From NCBI GenBank assembly GCA_041742355.1, contig JBGSIV010000246.1:1-14666 (forward strand): DNA of 14,666 nt. The letters are read 5' to 3'. The notes under the pieces are model-generated. The model did not search any database, was not told where the DNA came from, and saw only the letters and a program-made list of their open reading frames with translations. This DNA comes from Candidatus Zixiibacteriota bacterium. Its GTDB lineage: Bacteria; Zixibacteria; MSB-5A5; GN15; FEB-12. This document shows positions 8,410 through 14,666 of the stretch, in pieces (position 1 is the stretch's first letter; each line of letters starts with the position of its first letter). The position numbers and the translations under genes are program-made.

Positions 8410-9666
8410 ATGAGCAGAACTATTAGAGCATTCGTGATCGTGACGGGCATTCTCCTGATGATACCTCAGGTAAGTCAGGGGATTCCCGCTTTCGCGCGTA
8501 AGTACGGCTTCAACTGTAATATGTGCCACACTGCCTATACTAAGCTGAACGATTTCGGCCAGCGATTCCGGAATAGCAATTATCAGATTCCTGGACAGGA
8601 AGGACTGGAGAAGAACGTTTTTGAAACTGCTCCACCGTTGGCTCTGAGGACAAGCTTCGGCCTGTTGTCGAGCCATACAAAAGCGGCGAACACGTCCGGA
8701 TTTGTATTGAACGGACTTGACCTGTTGTCAGCCGGAGTCCTGCACAAGAATATCTCCTATCTCCTGATCTACACCCCCCGTCTTGACGAGCCGGCGGCTG
8801 ATCACACTGGCTCGGCTGCGGGGTCCAACCCCAGCCAACTGGGGGCGCTCGAATCGGCGAGCTTGGTGTTCAGCAATCTGGTGAAGGGTGCGGTCAACCT
8901 GCGGGTCGGACGGTTTGAACCATCATACAAGCCCTTCAGCAGCAAGAGGTCATATTATCTGATTCAGCCCTACGACATTTACTCGTTCACTACACCGTCT
9001 AACGATTTTGTGTTCGATGATAACCAGATGGGACTGGAGGTGGCTGGGCATTTCAAGAGTGGGTTTCGCTATGCCTGCGGTATAGTCAACGGAAGCGGTG
9101 CAAATCCTGACAATAGTAGGGCCAAGGATCTTTACGTTCGTGCTGCTCAGGTCTTTGGCAGAGGCGAAGGGCAGAATGCCGGACAACGCGTCGGTCTTTT
9201 CGGCTATTTCGGCTGGATGCCGACGGTGTCTGATGATTCCACATTTGATTTCGCCGGTCAAGGAAACGGCAGTTCCCATGAGCCCTTTCGTCGAATTGGT
9301 TGCGATGTCAGTTTGAACTGGCAGACTTTCAATCTTCACGGAATGTTTATGCAGGGGTCGGACGACAAGGGAATTGACAGCGGTGCAACCGAAAACTATA
9401 AGTTCACCGGCGGTTTCACCCAGCTTGATTATGCCGGGCTCATGAATAACCGCATGGTTGGTTCAGTAGTCTATAACTGGATAACTCCTCCGAAGTCCGA
9501 TGAGGAGCGACGGAGTAGCTCCTTCTCTGTCCTATTGCGATATTATCTCGGAGATTGGACAGCCGTAAACGTAGCCTTGCACGCCGAGTATACGCATCGT
9601 GAGGAAGGAAAGGTCGAAAAGGTCAAGACCGATCAACTGGGTTTGCTAGTAGATTTCGCTTTCTAG
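8410..9666 (+). CDS. Cyc2-like fused monoheme cytochrome c / outer-membrane beta-barrel porin
   Basis: AAGGAG at 8398-8403 precedes ATG 8410. After the signal peptide comes IPAFARKYGFNCNMCHTAYTKLNDFGQRF, i.e. PxFAR[K/Q][Y/T] followed by CxxCH. The remainder has amphipathic beta-strand character and ends in Phe (LLVDFAF). Confidence 0.78.
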   Translation: MSRTIRAFVIVTGILLMIPQVSQGIPAFARKYGFNCNMCHTAYTKLNDFGQRFRNSNYQIPGQEGLEKNVFETAPPLALRTSFGLLSSHTKAANTSGFVLNGLDLLSAGVLHKNISYLLIYTPRLDEPAADHTGSAAGSNPSQLGALESASLVFSNLVKGAVNLRVGRFEPSYKPFSSKRSYYLIQPYDIYSFTTPSNDFVFDDNQMGLEVAGHFKSGFRYACGIVNGSGANPDNSRAKDLYVRAAQVFGRGEGQNAGQRVGLFGYFGWMPTVSDDSTFDFAGQGNGSSHEPFRRIGCDVSLNWQTFNLHGMFMQGSDDKGIDSGATENYKFTGGFTQLDYAGLMNNRMVGSVVYNWITPPKSDEERRSSSFSVLLRYYLGDWTAVNVALHAEYTHREEGKVEKVKTDQLGLLVDFAF

Positions 9667-9695
9667 CACTCAGTATCGATTTCTGTTGATCCGGC

Positions 9696-9731
9696 GAGCG
9701 GGAGGCCGACTGGTCTCCCGCTCATTATGTT
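9696..9731 (+). terminator. Stem-loop / probable terminator after the porin gene
   Basis: 12-bp stem GAGCGGGAGGCC / GGTCTCCCGCTC (one G-U pair), loop GACT, then the AT-rich tail ATTATGTT. Confidence 0.6.
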
Positions 9732-9909
9732 AATGAAAGAATGCCTCTGGAATGTGTGAACTTCAATAACCGCTCATTTGCCGGTAGCTGGTGCGAAAGC
9801 GAAGCACCTTGGATAAGACACTGATTTCCCCCTTTTCTCTTTGTTGTATATTCGTACTTTCTTCTTGTAACACATGGTCCCATGTCAACATTTGCCACAA
9901 GGAGTGAAA

Positions 9910-12480
9910 TTGGATACGTCCACGGCTACAAACATCGATCTGAGTACAATAACGGGATTGTCCGAAAGCGAAGCACTCCGGCGGCTACAAGCCGAGGGTT
10001 ACAACGAACTTCCCTCCAGTAAGAAGAGAACTGTATTGGCCATCGCATGGGACGTGGTCCGCGAGCCCATGTTCCTCCTTCTTGTGGCATGCGGCACGCT
10101 GTATCTGTTTCTGGGTGACATCCAGGAAGCCATCATGCTGCTCGGATTTGTGCTCGTGGTAATGGGCATAACGCTTTATCAGGAACGAAAAACCGAGCGT
10201 GCCCTGGAAGCTTTGCGGGACCTCACGAGCCCTCGTGCGTCGGTTGTCAGAGGGGGAGAACAAAAGCGTATCGCCGGTCGAGAAGTAGTCACCGGTGATG
10301 TCGTGATCCTGCATGAGGGGGACCGCGTGCCGGCAGATGCCGCACTGATCTCTTGCATCAATCTCTCGGCAGACGAATCCCTATTGACCGGCGAATCGGT
10401 CGCGGTGCGAAAGACAATCTGGAATGGTAAGGACCAGTCCTTGCGACCGGGAGGTGACGACCTCCCTTTTGTCTATTCCGGTACGATGGTAGTGGGAGGT
10501 CAGGGGGCGGCCAGGGTCCACGCTACTGGTGTCAAAACCGAGATTGGCAAGATCGGCAAAGCGCTGCAGGCGGTCGAGACCCAAAGCACACCTTTACAGA
10601 AAGAGACAGGTCGTCTCGTCCGGAATCTGGCAATTGTAGGTCTCTCCCTGTGTCTTCTCGTTATAGTCATATACGGGCTGACGCGCCACGACTGGCTGCA
10701 TGGCCTGCTCGCGGGCATCACACTGGCGATGGCCACCCTGCCTGAGGAATTCCCAGTGGTTCTGACGATCTTCCTCGCGCTTGGGGCCTGGCGCCTTTCA
10801 CAGAAGCAGGTGCTTACGCGTCACGTTCCCGCCGTTGAAACGCTTGGCTCGGCTACCGTTCTCTGTGTTGACAAGACCGGTACGCTGACACAGAACCGAA
10901 TGACGGTTAAGAGCATAGTTGTTAAAGAAGAGACATTTGATGCCGAGAACCTCACTGGTCACGGATTGCCGGAAACATTCCATGAGATTGTCGAGTACAG
11001 CATTCTCGCCAGCAAGCGGGATCCATTTGACCCGATGGAGAAGGCCTTTAAGAAGCTGGGTGAAGATCAACTTGCCAATACCGAACACCTGCACGGCGAC
11101 TGGCACCTGTTGCAGGAGTATCCGCTATCCAAGGATCTGCTGGCACTTTCTCATGTCTGGCAATCGCCGGCTGGGACTGATTTCATCATCGCAGCCAAGG
11201 GAGCTCCTGAGGCAATATTCGATCTCTGTCATTTGGACGGGACACAAGTTGACAAGCTGAACAAAACTGTTGCCGGTCTTGCCGCCCGAGGTCTTCGCGT
11301 GCTGGGAGTTGCCAGAGCAAGTTTCAGCAGCGATTCGCTGCCCGAGATCCAGCATGACTTCACCTTCAGACTCCTGGGACTCGTCGGACTGGCTGATCCA
11401 ATCCGGTCGACCGTTCCAAGCGCGATCAAAGAGTGTTACACCGCCGGCATCAGAGTGGTGATGATCACTGGGGATTACTCAGGGACAGCACAGAGCATCG
11501 CCCGCCAGATAGGCCTCAGATCCGTGGACAATGTTCTCACGGGAACTGATCTGGATGGTATGTCTGACGAACAGCTTCAGGTGCGTATACGCGATGTCGA
11601 CATATTTGCCCGAGTTGTTCCCGAGCAGAAGCTGCGACTCGTCAATGCGCTGAAGGTCAACAAAGAAGTCGTGGCGATGACCGGCGATGGTGTCAATGAT
11701 GCGCCTGCCCTCAAATCCGCGCATATCGGCATTGCCATGGGAGGGCGCGGAACCGACGTCGCCAGAGAATCATCGTCCCTGGTTCTCCTGGATGATGACT
11801 TTTCATCCATCGTTGGCGCCGTGCGGCTCGGAAGACGGATCTTCGACAATATCAAAAAAGCCATGGCCTACATCGTTTCGGTTCACGTGCCAATAGCGGG
11901 TATGTCGCTGATTCCGGTTGTCATGCAGTGGCCGTTGGTGCTGTTACCCATGCACATTGTCTTTCTGGAACTCATCATCGACCCCGCCTGCTCTGTTGTA
12001 TTTGAGGCGGAAGTTGAAGAGTCAAATATTATGCAACGCCCCCCTCGCGATCCCAAGGAGCCACTCTTCGGCAAGAGCATCGTCTTTATCAGTCTCCTGC
12101 AGGGCATCTCGGTACTGGTTGTTGTTCTTCTAGTTTACCTCTTGGCGCGCGGCCTCGGACGCGTCGAAGATGAGGTCCGAGCACTAACCGTAGTTACGCT
12201 TATCCTCTCCAATCTGGCATTGATTCTCACTAACCGTTCTTGGACTCGTACCATCTGGGGAATGCTAAAGTCGCCAAATGCGGCTCTTCTATGGGTGCTG
12301 GGAGGGACGATTACTTTTGTCCTGGTGATCTTGTACGTGCCGTTTCTGAGGTTCTTGTTTCGATTCGCGTTCCTGTACCCAGCAGACCTGCTAATGTGTG
12401 TAACGGCCGCTGCCGTGAGTATTGCGTGGTTTGAGGCGCTGAAGGTTTTCAGGAACCGTCACCTTGGGACCGCTGAATGA
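9910..12480 (+). CDS. Cation-translocating P-type ATPase (P2-like)
   Basis: Motifs DESLLTGES, PEEFP (TM4), DKTGTLT, KGAPE, MITGD and TGDGVNDAPALK. Likely TTG start at 9910 after AAGGAG (9899-9904); the ORF is open from 9874. Confidence 0.95.
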   Translation: MDTSTATNIDLSTITGLSESEALRRLQAEGYNELPSSKKRTVLAIAWDVVREPMFLLLVACGTLYLFLGDIQEAIMLLGFVLVVMGITLYQERKTERALEALRDLTSPRASVVRGGEQKRIAGREVVTGDVVILHEGDRVPADAALISCINLSADESLLTGESVAVRKTIWNGKDQSLRPGGDDLPFVYSGTMVVGGQGAARVHATGVKTEIGKIGKALQAVETQSTPLQKETGRLVRNLAIVGLSLCLLVIVIYGLTRHDWLHGLLAGITLAMATLPEEFPVVLTIFLALGAWRLSQKQVLTRHVPAVETLGSATVLCVDKTGTLTQNRMTVKSIVVKEETFDAENLTGHGLPETFHEIVEYSILASKRDPFDPMEKAFKKLGEDQLANTEHLHGDWHLLQEYPLSKDLLALSHVWQSPAGTDFIIAAKGAPEAIFDLCHLDGTQVDKLNKTVAGLAARGLRVLGVARASFSSDSLPEIQHDFTFRLLGLVGLADPIRSTVPSAIKECYTAGIRVVMITGDYSGTAQSIARQIGLRSVDNVLTGTDLDGMSDEQLQVRIRDVDIFARVVPEQKLRLVNALKVNKEVVAMTGDGVNDAPALKSAHIGIAMGGRGTDVARESSSLVLLDDDFSSIVGAVRLGRRIFDNIKKAMAYIVSVHVPIAGMSLIPVVMQWPLVLLPMHIVFLELIIDPACSVVFEAEVEESNIMQRPPRDPKEPLFGKSIVFISLLQGISVLVVVLLVYLLARGLGRVEDEVRALTVVTLILSNLALILTNRSWTRTIWGMLKSPNAALLWVLGGTITFVLVILYVPFLRFLFRFAFLYPADLLMCVTAAAVSIAWFEALKVFRNRHLGTAE

Positions 12481-12535
12481 CCTTCTCTTTATCATGGCTG
12501 GTTCGATATTGATTGAATGACTGGAGCTTTCGGAC

Positions 12536-13645
12536 ATGTTCATGACATTGTTCTTAGTTGTCTGGACCGCACTGCATCTTTATGTGTTCTGGCGTTTGTC
12601 CTCGATACCGGCCATAGATCGGCATATATCGCGCAAGCTGTTGGTTGTGATAGCTGCGATATGCTGGGCAAGCAGTCTTCTGCGGCGAGTTTTGGACAGT
12701 CGTGATCTGGAATTGCTGGCACAGCCACTGGAAATGTTCGTAATGAACTGGCTGGGTATTCTGTTCCTTGTTTTCTTCTGTCTTCTGATCGTAGATGTCT
12801 TCACTGTATTCGGCTTCTTCCTACGGGGCTACGTCCCCGGACTGCGTAGTGTCGGGTTACTGGTGGGAGTTCTGCTAGCCTCGGTGGCACTCGTACAGGG
12901 CCTGCGTCCACCAGTAGTCGTTGACTATGAAGTCCGGCTCGCCGGATTACCAGTCGAAAACGATAACCTTGAGATCGCAGTGCTATCTGATATGCACGTT
13001 GGGGAATTGATAGACGGACACTGGCTGGCCTCGCGAGTTGAACAAGTCAACGCGATTCACCCCGATATGGTGATCTTGCTGGGTGATTTGTTTGAAGGCG
13101 ACAGCAGGTCCGAACGTCAGAACTGCATGAACGACATATTGCAGGGCATTTCTGCCCGATACGGTGTTTGGGCGGTCATTGGCAATCACGAATCGCACGG
13201 CGGCAGAGAATCCAGCGTGCGCTTTTTGGAAGACGCCGGAGTACATGTACTTCATAACGAATGGAGTCAGGTTCAGCCCGGAATCGCAATCGGCGGCATC
13301 GATGATGGCGGCCACCAGCAGTCGTTCTCAAGCTCCTCTGACCAGGCGATGCAGATGCTGGCATGCAGACCATCTGGTGCCGCAACCGTATTTTTGTCCC
13401 ATCGACCCCAGATGACTCACGAGATAGCATCCGCCGGCGTGGGACTTATGTTGAGTGGCCATACGCACGGCGGTCAGATCTGGCCATTCAACTACGTCGT
13501 TGGCATCGTGAATCCTTTCCTCGCAGGAAGATATGAAGTAAACAACATGCCTTTGATCGTGAGTCGGGGAACCGGAACTTGGGGACCGCGAATGCGCCTT
13601 TGGTCTCCGGGTGAGATTCTCAGGATCACTCTGCGGGCTCAGTAA
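12536..13645 (+). CDS. Membrane-anchored calcineurin-like metallophosphoesterase (YkuE/YaeI-like)
   Basis: About four N-terminal TM helices, then SDMH, LLGD, GNHE, LSH and SGHTHGGQ metal-binding motifs, with a C-terminal SRGTGTWGPRMR. Confidence 0.92.
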   Translation: MFMTLFLVVWTALHLYVFWRLSSIPAIDRHISRKLLVVIAAICWASSLLRRVLDSRDLELLAQPLEMFVMNWLGILFLVFFCLLIVDVFTVFGFFLRGYVPGLRSVGLLVGVLLASVALVQGLRPPVVVDYEVRLAGLPVENDNLEIAVLSDMHVGELIDGHWLASRVEQVNAIHPDMVILLGDLFEGDSRSERQNCMNDILQGISARYGVWAVIGNHESHGGRESSVRFLEDAGVHVLHNEWSQVQPGIAIGGIDDGGHQQSFSSSSDQAMQMLACRPSGAATVFLSHRPQMTHEIASAGVGLMLSGHTHGGQIWPFNYVVGIVNPFLAGRYEVNNMPLIVSRGTGTWGPRMRLWSPGEILRITLRAQ

Positions 13646-13862
13646 CTTTGAAAAGAGTTCGGATCACAGATTCAGTCAAGTTGCCGTAGAAGACTGTTTC
13701 GTGGTAAGCGTCAATTCTCTGTGAACGCTGTGCAGAATTCATGTTCTGATCCACTGAGTGTTGGGTGATGGTAGATTCAGTAGACTGCAAATTCCTTTCT
13801 GCATGCGGGTCAGTCCGAGACTGAGGCGGTGAGATACGCCCTGATGTCACCGCCGAGAAAGC

Positions 13863-13882
13863 GTCACGATTTCGTCACACTG
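13863..13882 (+). repeat. Putative integrase arm-type site, copy B (right end of island 1)
   Basis: GTCACGATTTCGTCACACTG, 18/20 identical to 6927-6946. It ends 30 nt before the second att core. Confidence 0.7.
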
Positions 13883-13912
13883 ACCCGTAAGTCCTTGTGC
13901 CACATAGCGAGT

Positions 13913-13941
13913 CGGGGGTTCGATTCCCCCCACCTCCAATT
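13913..13941 (+). repeat. att core, second copy: displaced tmRNA 3' fragment forming the junction between tandem islands
   Basis: Exact 29-bp copy of 6792-6820, with no tmRNA 5' part upstream. Confidence 0.95.
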
Positions 13942-14059
13942 ATTATAACTCTCCACCAACCAATCAAGTACAACGACTACATAGCCCGGACGAATCCCCC
14001 GAACCCCCGTCCACCCCCCCATATCCTGCAATAAAATAGAATATCATGAAACGGAAAAC

Positions 14060-14079
14060 GTCGCGATTTGGTCAGAGTG
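14060..14079 (+). repeat. Putative integrase arm-type site, copy C (left end of island 2)
   Basis: GTCGCGATTTGGTCAGAGTG, 18/20 identical to 6927-6946. Confidence 0.68.
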
Positions 14080-14108
14080 TTCCTTTCTCTCGTCGTCAAA
14101 AAAGACGC

Positions 14109-14172
14109 TTGCATCCCGTTGTTCAACGCGGTATAATATGTCGGCAGTTACTAATATATGCCGACATATTAT
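14109..14172 (+). promoter_or_regulatory. sigma70 promoter with an overlapping 14-bp inverted-repeat operator (AbiEi autoregulation site)
   Basis: TTGCAT (14109-14114), N17, TATAAT (14132-14137). Perfect inverted repeat ATAATATGTCGGCA (14133-14146) / TGCCGACATATTAT (14159-14172). Confidence 0.82.
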
Positions 14173-14189
14173 GCATTTGAGACTTGCCT

Positions 14190-14666
14190 ATGAACAAGCA
14201 GATTATCGACAGGATCATTCAAGTTGCGGGAAGTCTTGGTGTCATCAGACCCAAGGATATGGATGAATACGGCATCCATCGCAAGTACGTGCATATACTC
14301 CATCGCCGGGGTATACTGAATCGAGTTGGGCGTGGTCTCTATGTCCTTGCTGCGTCAAAGCCGTCCGAATACAGAACTATTGCCGAGGCTTGCAAGAGAG
14401 TATCTTCAGGTGTAGTCTGTCTCCTTTCAGCTCTTAGGTTTCACGATCTGACGACTCAATCGCCATACGAGATCTGGATGGCCATTGATCACAAGGCACG
14501 TCGGCCGAAAGAGCCCGCGATCCCGATACGCATTGTCAGATTCTCTGGAAAAGCGCTGTCCTCGGGAATAGAAGAGCATGAAGTAGAAGGTGTAGCCGTT
14601 CGTGTTTACAGCCCGGCGAAAACTGTAGCCGACTGCTTCAAATTTAGAAATAAGATCGGCCTGGAT
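14190..14666 (+). CDS. Type IV toxin-antitoxin AbiEi-family antitoxin, 3' truncated by the window edge
   Basis: Absent from the ORF track because there is no stop codon in the window. Manual translation: MNKQIIDRIIQVAGSLGVIRPKDMDEYGIHRKYVHILHRRGILNRVGRGLYV…GVVCLLSALRFHDLTTQSPYEIWMAI…VRVYSPAKTVADCFKFRNKIGLD. It has the wHTH RxGRGLY, SALxFHxLT and KTVADCF motifs typical of AbiEi. Confidence 0.9.
   Translation, partial: MNKQIIDRIIQVAGSLGVIRPKDMDEYGIHRKYVHILHRRGILNRVGRGLYVLAASKPSEYRTIAEACKRVSSGVVCLLSALRFHDLTTQSPYEIWMAIDHKARRPKEPAIPIRIVRFSGKALSSGIEEHEVEGVAVRVYSPAKTVADCFKFRNKIGLD

Larger units (their letters stand above)
6821..13941. mobile_element. tmRNA-integrated genomic island 1 (7121-bp unit), no intact integrase
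   Basis: Bracketed by the exact 29-bp ssrA 3' repeat, with shared arm motifs at both ends. GC is lower in spot counts: 28/60 at 9001-9060 and 31/60 at 11041-11100, versus 38/60 at 1261-1320. Confidence 0.88.
13942..14666. mobile_element. Left end of a second, related tmRNA-targeting island (continues beyond the window)
   Basis: Repeats the left-end motifs of island 1 in the same order: GGACGAAT-N8-CCCCCGTCC at 13988-14012 and the arm 20-mer at 14060-14079. A TA antitoxin gene follows. Confidence 0.72.

Noticed and set aside
13626..13850. 74-aa minus-strand ORF near the island right end
   Set aside because: No homology cues, and it overlaps the phosphoesterase stop. Not supportable as a directionality factor without a search.
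13913..13941. Second tRNA/tmRNA gene
   Set aside because: Only the T-arm and 3' acceptor strand are present, with no 5' acceptor strand or body upstream. It is an att duplication.
14171..14189. Alternative ATG at 14171 for the last gene
   Set aside because: It is in a different frame and stops after ~31 codons. The AbiEi-like frame starts at 14190.
1..14666. CRISPR array, IS element or prophage genes
   Set aside because: No regularly spaced repeat-spacer units, transposase motifs or phage structural genes were seen.

Overview
The window has three parts. (1) 1-6200 is GC-rich and looks like core chromosome: the 3' part of an RND efflux operon (membrane-fusion protein, then AcrB-type permease), an ECF sigma factor with a zinc-binding anti-sigma factor, and a secreted DUF1573 protein. 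(2) A tmRNA gene (ssrA, 6449-6817, tag GESNYAMAA) is followed by a ~7.1-kb lower-GC island, bounded by an exact 29-bp direct repeat of the tmRNA 3' end (6792-6820 and 13913-13941). The island has no intact integrase. Its cargo is a MauG-type di-heme peroxidase, a Cyc2-like cytochrome-porin, a P-type ATPase and a membrane metallophosphoesterase, with a Rex/CRP-type palindrome upstream. (3) Immediately after the second repeat, a second element begins. Its first ~140 bp are homologous to the left end of island 1, and it encodes an AbiEi type IV antitoxin with an operator inverted repeat. The main observation is a tandem array of related islands at tmRNA that share conserved recombination-arm motifs; the first island is integrase-less and carries an outer-membrane redox module.
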